A stretch of DNA of 45,123 nucleotides from a virus: the UHGV virus genome UHGV-1374414; one strand, written 5' to 3'. The translations under genes were made by a program, and so were the position numbers. The notes under the pieces were generated by a model, which was not told where the DNA came from, searched no databases, and saw only the letters and a list, made by a program, of their open reading frames with translations. Positions 9,025-17,597 of this stretch are shown here, in pieces. Positions within the stretch are counted from its first letter, which is position 1; the number at the start of each line of letters is the position of its first letter.

Positions 9025-9615
9025 ATGAAACATTGTGGGCGTTGTAATACGGATAAAGACGAGTCCGCTTTTAACAAGGGCCAGTCGTGGTGCGCCAAAT
9101 GCATGGCGGCATATAAGAAAGAGAGACGGGATAGGGAAAGAGGAGCGCCGCCGCGCGAAGTATGGCGAGAGTATACTGGGGAAATCGTAACATGCCGTAC
9201 GTGCGGGGCGCGCAAGCGGCTCACGCCGGAAAACTTCCGGGCAAGCCAGTCTCATATTCGTAAAGAATGCCGGTCGTGCGCTAATAAGTCCCGCCGTGAG
9301 TACAACCACCGGACACCAGAGATCCGCGCTTACTATAAGCTCTTTCAGTACCGTAAGGCGGACGAAAGGAAGGGGTTAAACACCGACCTCACCACCAAGG
9401 ACGTGCTACGCCTTACTTCTCAGCCATGCGCGTACTGCGGATTTACCGGCGACAATGGCGCGGACCGACTCGACAACGCGGTAGGCCATACTAAAGATAA
9501 CTGCGTGCCGTGCTGCGTAGAGTGCAACATAGCCCGCGGGGACCGGTTTACCCCGGACGAAATGAAGAAGTTTATCGGGCCAGCCATAGCTGCCGTAAGG
9601 AAAAGCCGACAATGA
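9025..9615 (+). CDS. HNH endonuclease with N-terminal zinc-ribbon repeats
   Basis: ATG 9025 after GGGGG SD (ORF-track start 8917 lies inside polymerase); two CxxC...CxxC modules; C-terminal CAYCG...DR...H...N...CCVECN HNH motif. Confidence 0.7.
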   Translation: MKHCGRCNTDKDESAFNKGQSWCAKCMAAYKKERRDRERGAPPREVWREYTGEIVTCRTCGARKRLTPENFRASQSHIRKECRSCANKSRREYNHRTPEIRAYYKLFQYRKADERKGLNTDLTTKDVLRLTSQPCAYCGFTGDNGADRLDNAVGHTKDNCVPCCVECNIARGDRFTPDEMKKFIGPAIAAVRKSRQ

Positions 9616-9890
9616 CACCGGAAGGCAAGATTCAAAGTCACCTGATGAAACGGGTGAAAGAGGTCGGCGGATTCTGCCGCAAACTGGCATGGGAGGGGCG
9701 CGCAGGTGCGCCCGACCTGATTATTATCATCAACGGCAAAATAGTGTTCGTCGAAGTGAAGCGCCCCGGAGGAAAACCGAAGCCGCACCAGGTACGTGAA
9801 CATGAGCGAATGGCCCGCCGCGGTGCTGACGTTCGCGTTATCGACAACATATCCGACTGCGATTTATTGGTTGCTGAATTGGTCGCATAG
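9612..9890 (+). CDS. VRR-NUC domain nuclease
   Basis: ATG overlaps HNH stop (ATGA); GAPDLIIIINGKIVFVEVKRPGGKPKPHQ fits VRR-NUC PD-(D/E)XK core. Confidence 0.75.
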   Translation: MTPEGKIQSHLMKRVKEVGGFCRKLAWEGRAGAPDLIIIINGKIVFVEVKRPGGKPKPHQVREHERMARRGADVRVIDNISDCDLLVAELVA

Positions 9891-9930
9891 CGGTATAGTG
9901 TGCCGGTTAGCCATATCGAGGATTTTAGCG

Positions 9931-10104
9931 ATGATTGAAGAAAAACGTTGTAGTAATTGCGGCTGTGTCAAGCCGCTATCCCAGTTCCACAAATACACCG
10001 GTAAGACTGCGCGCAGTCCAGACGGGCATCGGGCAGAGTGCAAATCGTGCCGCAATAAGAAAGAGCGCGAACGGCAGCGCCGCTACCGTGCAGAACAAAA
10101 ATAA
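9931..10104 (+). CDS. small zinc-ribbon protein (CxxC-N22-CxxC + basic tail)
   Basis: 57 aa from ATG 9931 with GAGGA SD; resembles the zinc-ribbon module at the HNH N-terminus. Confidence 0.5.
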   Translation: MIEEKRCSNCGCVKPLSQFHKYTGKTARSPDGHRAECKSCRNKKERERQRRYRAEQK

Positions 10105-10110
10105 TTAATA

Positions 10111-10135
10111 CGGCGGGCTTGTCCCGCCATTTTTG
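10111..10135 (+). terminator. intrinsic terminator
   Basis: ggcggg-cttgt-cccgcc hairpin followed by attttt. Confidence 0.6.
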
Positions 10136-10141
10136 GGAGAC

Positions 10142-10366
10142 ATGACGATGAAAGAACATTACCGACTCACCAAGCTGGGCGAATGCAAACCAGGCGATCG
10201 CGTATGGTTTATCGCTGGCATGAATGATCCGCTGCCGTTGACGGTGTGCTGGCAAAAGTTTAAGAGCTTCCGGGCTACTGGTGTCCACATCGGACACGCC
10301 ACCAACTACGACGCCACAAAAAGGAACTGGAACAGTGAAACCGAAGTCTGGAAAAAGGCGGAATAA
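10142..10366 (+). CDS. hypothetical protein
   Basis: ATG 10142 after GGGAGA; 74 aa. Confidence 0.5.
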   Translation: MTMKEHYRLTKLGECKPGDRVWFIAGMNDPLPLTVCWQKFKSFRATGVHIGHATNYDATKRNWNSETEVWKKAE

Positions 10367-10370
10367 AGAT

Positions 10371-11795
10371 ATGGCACGATTCCGACGCCGCGAATATCAG
10401 AAGTTGATAACCGCGTTCATCCTCAAGCATAAGCGATGTAATATCTGGGCGACAATGGGATCGGGTAAAACCGGCGCGACAATGTGGGCGCTGAATAAAA
10501 TGTTCCAGACTGGCGTCCTGTCCCATCATGAGGACCGCGTACTGGTGCTGGCCCCGCTGCGTGTTGCGTCAGGTACATGGCCCCCGGAGCAGGAGAAATG
10601 GCGGTTCTCATCCCTGCTGGTCGTAGACGGCACTGGGTCGGAGAAGGAACGTATTGCGGCGCTTGAGAGCGATGCTAACGTGGTTTGTGTTAACTATGAT
10701 GTGGTTGAGTGGCTGGTTGACTATTACGGCGATGCGTGGCCCTTTACGGTCGTTGTTGCCGATGAATCCACTAAGCTGAAAGGCTACCGAAGTAAGCAGG
10801 GAAGTAAGCGCGCCCGCGCACTGGCGGCGATTGCACATAAACACGTCAAGCGCTGGATTAACCTTACCGGCACACCAGCGCCAAACGGCTTGAAAGACTT
10901 ATGGGGTCAGACGTGGTTTGTCGACGGTGGCGAACGACTCGGCAGTAGCTATAAGGCATTTACGGATCGCTGGTTTATTAGCAAGCCTGTTAAGCCTGGC
11001 AGCTTCACGATGCAGCACGCTCCGCTAAAGAACTCCGAGAAAGAAATACAACAACGCCTGTCTGACGTATCACTAACCGTTGACGCGGCTGAATACTTCG
11101 GGTGCGACAAGCCAATCTATACGCCGGTTGTCGTGGACCTGCCGAAGAAAGCCCGCAAGATTTACGACCAGTTTGAAAGCGAGCTATTTGCCGAACTGGA
11201 AAGCGGAACAGTGGAAGCGGCTAACGCTGCGTCGAAGACCATCAAGTGCCTTCAGCTTGCATCTGGGGCCGTGTACAAGGTGGACGAAGACGGCGAACGG
11301 ACCGACGAGTGGGTGAAGATTCACGACGCGAAGCTGGACGCGCTTGAAAGTATCGTGGAGGAATTGAACGGGGCGCCGTTGCTCGTTGCGTATCAGTATA
11401 AGCATGACCTTGCACGTCTTAAGAAGAAATTTCCGCACGGCGTTGCTTTGGGTAAAGGAAAGCAGGGCAATAAGGATATGGAAGCATGGAACAGGGGCGA
11501 GATCCCCATCATGTTTGCACACCCGGCATCGGCGGGCCACGGCCTCAACCTGCAGGATGGCGGACATCACCTGGCAATCTTCTCCGATACCTGGAACTTT
11601 GAGCACTTTTCGCAGATCGTTGAACGTATCGGGCCGGTTCGCCAGATGCAGGCCGGACACCCTAGACCGGTATTCGTCTACATTATCCAGGCGCGCGGGA
11701 CACTGGACGAATTGGTCGCCGAGCGTCGCGACAGTAAGCGAGATATTCAGGACGATTTGATGGAATACATGAAAGCGAAGAAGGCGCGCAAATGA
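10371..11795 (+). CDS. SNF2/DEAD-like superfamily 2 helicase
   Basis: ATG 10371 (ORF-track start 10281 overlaps upstream gene); motifs GSGKTG, VVADESTKLK, LTGTPAPNGL, HPASAGHGLNLQ. Confidence 0.8.
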   Translation: MARFRRREYQKLITAFILKHKRCNIWATMGSGKTGATMWALNKMFQTGVLSHHEDRVLVLAPLRVASGTWPPEQEKWRFSSLLVVDGTGSEKERIAALESDANVVCVNYDVVEWLVDYYGDAWPFTVVVADESTKLKGYRSKQGSKRARALAAIAHKHVKRWINLTGTPAPNGLKDLWGQTWFVDGGERLGSSYKAFTDRWFISKPVKPGSFTMQHAPLKNSEKEIQQRLSDVSLTVDAAEYFGCDKPIYTPVVVDLPKKARKIYDQFESELFAELESGTVEAANAASKTIKCLQLASGAVYKVDEDGERTDEWVKIHDAKLDALESIVEELNGAPLLVAYQYKHDLARLKKKFPHGVALGKGKQGNKDMEAWNRGEIPIMFAHPASAGHGLNLQDGGHHLAIFSDTWNFEHFSQIVERIGPVRQMQAGHPRPVFVYIIQARGTLDELVAERRDSKRDIQDDLMEYMKAKKARK

Positions 11796-12487
11796 TAATC
11801 TGGTCATTGTTCGACGGCAGCGGCTTGATGATTGAGCGTGCTGCCGAGATGGGGCATAAGTGCTACTGTTTTAACTACTCCGAAGCCGATCACGGGTCTT
11901 ACCTTGACTACCGGATTTATGGTCGCGGGATCCGCTATCGCAATGAGTTTATCGATATGGACTTTGTGGACCGCGCGATGAATGGCGATTTCGGTACGCC
12001 AGATATCATCTATGCGTTCCCTCCGTGTACGGATCTGGCAGTGAGCGGTGCACCAGCTTTCCCGCGCAAGCGTGCGAAAGACCCGGCCTTTCAGCTTAAG
12101 GCGGTGCGCACCGCGAAGATCGCAGCTTACCTGGGTGATTTCTTTGAAGTGCCATATATGATTGAGAATCCGCGCAGTGTTCTTTCCACCCAGTGGCGCA
12201 AGCCGGATCACTCGTTCGACCCGTGGGAGTATGGGGGCTATCTGCCGGAGGATGACGTACACCCGCTCTTCCCGGAATACATCAACGCCCGCGATTCATA
12301 TCCGAAGCTGACCTGCTTATGGACCGGCAACGGCTTCCGTATGCCAGAGAAGAAACCTGTTTTCGTTGAAAAAGGGTACTCGAAGCAGTATAGTCGCCTC
12401 GGAGGCAAATCAGCCCGCACAAAATTAATCCGGTCGCTCACTCCGCGCGGCTTCGCGATAGCGGTTAACGAGGAAAATTTAAGATGA
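11792..12487 (+). CDS. putative DNA cytosine-C5 methyltransferase-like protein (compact, 231 aa)
   Basis: Motif I SLFDGSG, motif IV AFPPCTDLAVSG (PC catalytic Cys), ENP motif; start overlaps helicase stop. Confidence 0.5.
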   Translation: MIIWSLFDGSGLMIERAAEMGHKCYCFNYSEADHGSYLDYRIYGRGIRYRNEFIDMDFVDRAMNGDFGTPDIIYAFPPCTDLAVSGAPAFPRKRAKDPAFQLKAVRTAKIAAYLGDFFEVPYMIENPRSVLSTQWRKPDHSFDPWEYGGYLPEDDVHPLFPEYINARDSYPKLTCLWTGNGFRMPEKKPVFVEKGYSKQYSRLGGKSARTKLIRSLTPRGFAIAVNEENLR

Positions 12488-12807
12488 ATACGACATTCGA
12501 AGCCATCGACTTTTCGGTCGCAATGACTAACCAGCTATTCACCTACGACAGCAAAACCGGCGTCATCCGTCTGAAGTCCACCGGCTGCAAGATTGGCAAC
12601 ATCAATACTGCCGATGGCGGAACACGTATCGAATGCAACGGAAAGACGCTGTCTGGCGCACGCGTGGCGTGGATTATTGAGACGGGCAATACAATCCCTC
12701 CCGGCTTCGCCGTTGTGTGTCGCCAGCGCACACCGGGCCACTACGGCAACCGAATCAGCAATCTGTATTTGGTAGACGTTGCACGCGACCCTAACTTTTA
12801 TGCGTAA
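12484..12807 (+). CDS. hypothetical protein
   Basis: 107 aa; start overlaps upstream stop; weak HNH/AP2-like resemblance only. Confidence 0.5.
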   Translation: MNTTFEAIDFSVAMTNQLFTYDSKTGVIRLKSTGCKIGNINTADGGTRIECNGKTLSGARVAWIIETGNTIPPGFAVVCRQRTPGHYGNRISNLYLVDVARDPNFYA

Positions 12808-12812
12808 ATTGG

Positions 12813-12841
12813 TTGCATAATCATATTGGTTGCATTATATT
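12813..12841 (+). promoter_or_regulatory. sigma70-like promoter TTGCAT-17-TATATT built from two ATTGGTTGCAT direct repeats
   Basis: ATTGGTTGCAT at 12808-12818 and 12825-12835; -10 TATATT at 12836-12841; gene starts at 12889. Confidence 0.5.
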
Positions 12842-12888
12842 GAGGGTGTCCGGTTTGGACGCCCTTTTTAATACCCGGAGACAACACG

Positions 12889-13347
12889 ATGAAAATTTTA
12901 CAAGAAGAGAAAAATTACTGGGCCGCGCAATGCCTCGAAGCCCGCGAGCAAGCCGATCGGGCGAACGCGGTGGCGGACACCAACCAGGCGCTATATGAAG
13001 GCGAGAAGAAAGTGCGCCAGGAGCTAGAGGAGCGCTTCGAACTGCTTTTCGAATTGATGGGGATTATGCAGCGCACTGGATACACAACCAGCGTTGCGCT
13101 AAATCGCATCACTGCCGATGGTTTGCGTGAGCATTGCAAACGTGCCGAGGAGTACGTGCGCCCAAAAGGTCGCCAGTCTAAGATCGACCGTAAAGATCTG
13201 GTGCTTGTGGCGTGGCGCAATCCCACAAATGGCTATTTTCATGGTCGCCCTATGAGCGCCGAGGAGTCAAAGCGAGTGCAGCGAATCCTGAAGAAAGGCA
13301 ACAATATCGCCCTGTACGCGATAGCCCCCGACCATGACGAAGAATGA
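12889..13347 (+). CDS. hypothetical protein
   Basis: 152 aa; SD GGAG 8 nt upstream. Confidence 0.6.
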   Translation: MKILQEEKNYWAAQCLEAREQADRANAVADTNQALYEGEKKVRQELEERFELLFELMGIMQRTGYTTSVALNRITADGLREHCKRAEEYVRPKGRQSKIDRKDLVLVAWRNPTNGYFHGRPMSAEESKRVQRILKKGNNIALYAIAPDHDEE

Positions 13348-13819
13348 GCAAAAGGATAGCTGGCGCACGCCGCCAGCTTTATTTAAACCGCTGCGCCGTA
13401 AGTTCCGATTCCGTTACGATATGGCGGCGAGCGACGCCAATCATCTGCTACCGCGTTACTTCACGGCGGAGCGCAGCGCGCTTGATGTGGACTGGGCAGA
13501 GTTGAAAGGGTGGAAGTGGTGCAATCCGCCGTATTCCGACCCGCTGCCGTGGGTGGAGTGCGCAGCGCACGGACGCCGGACTGTCATGCTGCTGAATCAG
13601 GACACGTCGACGAAGTGGGCGAGGCTGGCCCGGAAGACTGCAAACCTGATAATTCTTCTGGACTGGCGGATTAGATTCATTCACGCCGTCACCGGTGAAG
13701 TTGGGCCGAGCAATAACAAGTGCCAGCAATTGATAATATTTGACGAAGCGCCGCCCATCGGCAGCGCACAAATTGAAATAATGAGCGAGAGTGAGTTACA
13801 TGAATATCTTAATCGTTGA
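13334..13819 (+). CDS. phage DNA N6-adenine methyltransferase (Dam-like)
   Basis: 161 aa; N-terminal DSWRTPPALF and WCNPPYS (NPPY motif). Confidence 0.75.
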   Translation: MTKNEQKDSWRTPPALFKPLRRKFRFRYDMAASDANHLLPRYFTAERSALDVDWAELKGWKWCNPPYSDPLPWVECAAHGRRTVMLLNQDTSTKWARLARKTANLIILLDWRIRFIHAVTGEVGPSNNKCQQLIIFDEAPPIGSAQIEIMSESELHEYLNR

Positions 13820-14024
13820 CCGCGACCCAGCGGTAGTAGACCAAATGCAAAAAGACTACGGTATTGACCCGCGACGCAATCGTGTGGTGCGCGCGTCTCG
13901 CCCCGAATACATCCAGGGCCTTGACCTCACCGGTTGGCTTGACATGACTCGGCGTTGCCATTTCGTGTGCAACTCCTTTACTGCGCGAAGCGCCCGTTAC
14001 ACCCTTATTGAGAGTTTAAAATGA
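13800..14024 (+). CDS. hypothetical protein
   Basis: ATG 13800; 74 aa; stop overlaps next ATG (ATGA). Confidence 0.45.
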   Translation: MNILIVDRDPAVVDQMQKDYGIDPRRNRVVRASRPEYIQGLDLTGWLDMTRRCHFVCNSFTARSARYTLIESLK

Positions 14025-14491
14025 AATTACTGATTTGCGATTTGGATGGCGTTATTAACGGTTCAAGCGATGCGCGTGCCGACCTGGTTCCGGGTATAAA
14101 AACGAAATCAACCTTCTGGGCAAAGTGGCACAAAGCGCACGTACGCGAAGACCTGAACATGGATATGCTGCCGCTGTTGCGCATGTACAAAGAGCAAGGC
14201 TTCGAGATCGCGTATCTGACCAACCGGCAGCGAGAATGCTGGGACACGACCGCCGAACAACTGGAGGTCTTCCCGGTGGGCCGGTTGTTTATGCGCCATA
14301 TGCAGGACGACACCCCGCCGCCAGAGTTTAAGGCGTGCGCCGTGTTCAAAATGGTTTGCTATGCGGACGTATCGGAACTGGTCATCATTGAAGACTGTCC
14401 GAAGAACATCGCGGCAATTCGTCGGGCGTGTAGCGATCTGGTCCCGAAAATTTACGCAATAAATGTTGCAAAATTTACTTGCAACCAATAG
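14021..14491 (+). CDS. HAD-superfamily phosphatase (nucleotidase / polynucleotide 3'-phosphatase-like)
   Basis: 156 aa; HAD motif I LLICDLDGVI, motif II YLTNR, acidic motif IIEDCP. Confidence 0.55.
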   Translation: MKLLICDLDGVINGSSDARADLVPGIKTKSTFWAKWHKAHVREDLNMDMLPLLRMYKEQGFEIAYLTNRQRECWDTTAEQLEVFPVGRLFMRHMQDDTPPPEFKACAVFKMVCYADVSELVIIEDCPKNIAAIRRACSDLVPKIYAINVAKFTCNQ

Positions 14492-14508
14492 GTTGGTTGC
14501 ACTATAGT
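14479..14508 (+). promoter_or_regulatory. sigma70-like promoter TTGCAA-18-TATAGT overlapping inverted repeat TGCAACCAA-tagg-TTGGTTGCA
   Basis: 9-bp inverted arms at 14480-14488 and 14493-14501; -10 TATAGT at 14503-14508; downstream gene at 14554. Confidence 0.45.
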
Positions 14509-14553
14509 TAACGCGTCGGGGCAATACAGCCCCTCACTTAAAAGGGTAATACT

Positions 14554-15048
14554 GTGAAAGCATACGAATACTGCAAAAACGCCGCCACCACTATGGAACA
14601 GCGCGGGAAAGAAAACGGCTATGACGGCGAGAAAGAAGAACGCAGTGCTAAGCAGATCGCTGCCGTGTTTAACGCGCTTACCGGTCGCGACCTTACCGAA
14701 CAAGAAGCCTGGGTCTTTATGATCTGCCTGAAGCTGGTGCGCCAGCAACGCAAGCACCAGGAAGATAATATCGTCGACCTGGTCGCGTATGCCGCCCTAC
14801 TGGGCGAGTCGTATATGACCGTGCACGACGAGATTCAGGTAGATACAACGGCAGAACAGTTTGAAAGCCTCAAAGGCTGGCCTATCAAGATCAAAGCCAC
14901 TAATTTCAATGCCGCCAATTTCGGCGTCGTAGCCCAGGACGTCCAGCCTATGGTCGTGCTCTCCGGCAAAGATGGGTCGAAAATCCTCATGACGCCGGAA
15001 GACTTCCGCAACATGGAAAAAACACTGGTGACTGGCGCACTGAAATAA
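14554..15048 (+). CDS. hypothetical protein
   Basis: 164 aa; GTG start with AAGGG SD 7 nt upstream. Confidence 0.5.
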   Translation: MKAYEYCKNAATTMEQRGKENGYDGEKEERSAKQIAAVFNALTGRDLTEQEAWVFMICLKLVRQQRKHQEDNIVDLVAYAALLGESYMTVHDEIQVDTTAEQFESLKGWPIKIKATNFNAANFGVVAQDVQPMVVLSGKDGSKILMTPEDFRNMEKTLVTGALK

Positions 15049-15089
15049 TTTAATCGCGGGCTTCGGCCCGCATCATCGAGGATCACACG

Positions 15090-15665
15090 ATGTACGGCGA
15101 ATATGAAATATCTGGTAAACAATTCCACCTGGCGGCAATGATAGCAAGCATCGAGTTTGATCAATGGCGCTTAAAGTCTGACGCGTGCAAGCAAAGCCGA
15201 CTGGTCGGTGTGCTGGGCGAAATGTTTGCAGGCATGTACCTTGAAGGGCAAGCAGGCGGGCGCAGTTGTATACCGCAGGGTCTGCTTATGCGTACGGGCC
15301 TGTTTAGCGCCAATACCATTGACCGCGGCGATATCATCATGGTCGGCAAGCGCAAGGTTAAGTCCGGTCCAGACTTCCGCGAGCATGTGATCGATGCCGT
15401 ATGGACCTACGAGGTTAAGGCCACCAGCGGCATCCGTCGCGGACTGGTTGAGGCACGTTGCGCTCGCGAATATCTATCACGTCGCGTTGCCGGGGTTATC
15501 CTGGTTGGTGTGTCGTTAGGGCCGCAAAGCGCGCACGGCGTGATTGAGGATATCGCGGAGCCGTACGTGATTGTGAACGACTGGCCCTTAGTGGAAGTGG
15601 AGGGAAAGGAATATTTCGAAAGCCCGCTGGTGCGGCGCAAAATGGACTGGGAAAACTCAAACTAA
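15090..15665 (+). CDS. hypothetical protein (possible PD-(D/E)XK-like nuclease)
   Basis: 191 aa; SD GAGGA 8 nt upstream; weak motif GDIIMVGK...IDAVWTYEVK. Confidence 0.55.
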   Translation: MYGEYEISGKQFHLAAMIASIEFDQWRLKSDACKQSRLVGVLGEMFAGMYLEGQAGGRSCIPQGLLMRTGLFSANTIDRGDIIMVGKRKVKSGPDFREHVIDAVWTYEVKATSGIRRGLVEARCAREYLSRRVAGVILVGVSLGPQSAHGVIEDIAEPYVIVNDWPLVEVEGKEYFESPLVRRKMDWENSN

Positions 15666-15693
15666 AAAAAAAGGGCCGTACGGCCCTTTCTTC
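15664..15693. terminator. bidirectional intrinsic terminator between convergent early (plus) and late (minus) transcription
   Basis: A9 run, gggccg-ta-cggccc hairpin, then T-rich tail; terminator-like on both strands. Confidence 0.7.
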
Positions 15694-17517
15694 TCATTTC
15701 TCCGCTAACTTACTTTCTAATGCCTCTACCTTCGCCGCTAAATGCTGAACAGTCGCGATGAGGTCAAGTAGTAGGACGTTTTCATCTAATGCCAGAAACT
15801 CTTTACCGGTTGCGTTGGTGTACTTGCGGACATACTGCGGGTCGATCTCTTCCAACTGCTGCGCGATAAAACCACGTCTAACAGTCTCTTTTTTGTCGTA
15901 GTTATAAACAAAGGAAGAGTATTCCATTGCCATAACGTTATCGAACGCAACTTGAGTGTCGATCCTGGCGATATCATGCTTCAGCGCCCTGTCGGATACC
16001 GGGGATTTTGCGAAAATATATCCAACAGACCCAACGTTGTTGCCGAAGGTAATATCGTATGACTCGGCGTTAAAGGTAGTATTCCGAACGATATCGGCGT
16101 TAGGCTGTGTTCCAGTCGCCAGATCATAGTCAAAGACCTGCGAAATCATAGCGTGAGGGTGTGATGACCCCGCAACGGGGTGAATCAACGCCCCGAACGA
16201 AATGAAGTTACGCCACCCACCACCCGCCGTGCCAGCGCCGCCACCGACAAAACCTACGTGGCCCGAGTATTGGCTGTCCATCCAGGTATTAGCAAGGGTC
16301 ACGTAGGTATTAACAGGCGACGCAGAAATGGACGACGGCCACAATGCTTTATAAAAAATAAGCCTACCATCATATTTAAAGTCCCACGCCGGCGAGTTAG
16401 CCGGGTCGAGGACGTTAACGGTCGCCAAACGGGTCCAGGCGTCTACGTTATTACGCCCCTGAAGCTGAATCGACGTTCTGTATTTTTCGGCCCCAGCAAC
16501 TACCACAGATGAGTCGAATCTACCGCCGTATACTTCTGCGCCATTCGCCGGATCTGAAGCGTAATTATTGCGTAAACCCCAAAGCCCCACGTCATCAAGA
16601 CCGCGCCACACCCACCCTTTAGTCGCAGAGTCAAGAGGGTCGACTGGGTCCGCGCCTACGCGAAGCGGTCCGGGCGGCATAAGGTTTGCCCACGACGCGC
16701 CTTTGTCCGCAAGCCCCGCGAGGTTGCCGGATTTGGTTAGTAGGTTGTCAGGGTTTACGCTTTGCGCCCACGCCTTGGCCTGATCGCGAAATCCCTGCGC
16801 GGCAGCGCTGGCGGCCTGCGCGTCAGTCTTCGCCGTATTGGCTTCGTCGCGAATAACGCCGGTATCCGTCTTGATCTGATTCGTCTGGTCCTTGATGGCC
16901 TGCGTATCAGTCTTAATCTGGTCAGTCTGCGTCTTGATGGTATTAGTGGCGTCGTGGATCGCCTGTGTATCAGCCTTAATCTGATTGGTGGCGTCGCGGA
17001 TGCCCGCCGTCTCGGTCTTGAAGCCTTCGGCCTCGTTCCGGTATCCCTGCGCGGCTGCTTCAGATGCAGCGGCTTGCTGTTGCAGGTTGCGCATCTCGAC
17101 GGGGTCTACTTCCTTCATCAAGGATGACAGGTAGCCCCATGACATACCCTGCATAACTTGCCCGTTGGGCAGCGTAACGGTGATTTCTTCAGCGTCGCCG
17201 AAGATTGCACGCCAGTTGTTTTCATCCGCGATCATCAAGCGTAATGCTTTCTGTGCCTGGACCGTTACGCCCATAGTTGCCAGGGACATGGTATCGCGCG
17301 CTACGCTATCCCACGCAAGCCCGGTTGCCGTTGGGCCGTCGAACGGCAGCACCAGGGTAAGCGCAGTGTCGCTTTCGATGGATGAAATTGCGATAGTGTA
17401 AGGGACTTGCCCCACTACCAGCGACAGAAAGTCGCCAGCCTTCAGCGCGGTAAACGTTGTGCCGACCCCCACAACCGCCTTGCTGTTATTCGTTACGGAT
17501 AGAGTACCCGCTGCCAT
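15694..17517 (-). CDS. tail fibre protein with C-terminal intramolecular chaperone (S74-like) domain
   Basis: ATG 17517 with GAGGA SD (ORF-track start 17544 lies in promoter motif); 11-aa repeats IKTDTQAIKDQTNQ; C-terminal ...VAFDNVMAMEYSSFVYNYD...AKVEALESKLAEK. Confidence 0.7.
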   Translation of the reverse strand: MAAGTLSVTNNSKAVVGVGTTFTALKAGDFLSLVVGQVPYTIAISSIESDTALTLVLPFDGPTATGLAWDSVARDTMSLATMGVTVQAQKALRLMIADENNWRAIFGDAEEITVTLPNGQVMQGMSWGYLSSLMKEVDPVEMRNLQQQAAASEAAAQGYRNEAEGFKTETAGIRDATNQIKADTQAIHDATNTIKTQTDQIKTDTQAIKDQTNQIKTDTGVIRDEANTAKTDAQAASAAAQGFRDQAKAWAQSVNPDNLLTKSGNLAGLADKGASWANLMPPGPLRVGADPVDPLDSATKGWVWRGLDDVGLWGLRNNYASDPANGAEVYGGRFDSSVVVAGAEKYRTSIQLQGRNNVDAWTRLATVNVLDPANSPAWDFKYDGRLIFYKALWPSSISASPVNTYVTLANTWMDSQYSGHVGFVGGGAGTAGGGWRNFISFGALIHPVAGSSHPHAMISQVFDYDLATGTQPNADIVRNTTFNAESYDITFGNNVGSVGYIFAKSPVSDRALKHDIARIDTQVAFDNVMAMEYSSFVYNYDKKETVRRGFIAQQLEEIDPQYVRKYTNATGKEFLALDENVLLLDLIATVQHLAAKVEALESKLAEK

Positions 17518-17538
17518 AGCTAAATCCTCGTAAATTGG

Positions 17539-17566
17539 TTGCATTCTTGATCGAGCGGTGTAATAC
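17539..17566 (+). promoter_or_regulatory. candidate promoter TTGCAT-16-TAATAC with ATTGGTTGCAT motif
   Basis: ATTGGTTGCAT at 17534-17544, about 55 nt upstream of lipoprotein gene. Confidence 0.35.
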
Positions 17567-17597
17567 TAAAACTCAACCAAATATAGGAGATGATACC

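Noticed and set aside
12845-12870. Hairpin-like sequence followed by T run, considered as terminator
   Set aside because: Stem is poorly complementary and it lies between the promoter and SD of the next gene; more likely leader sequence.
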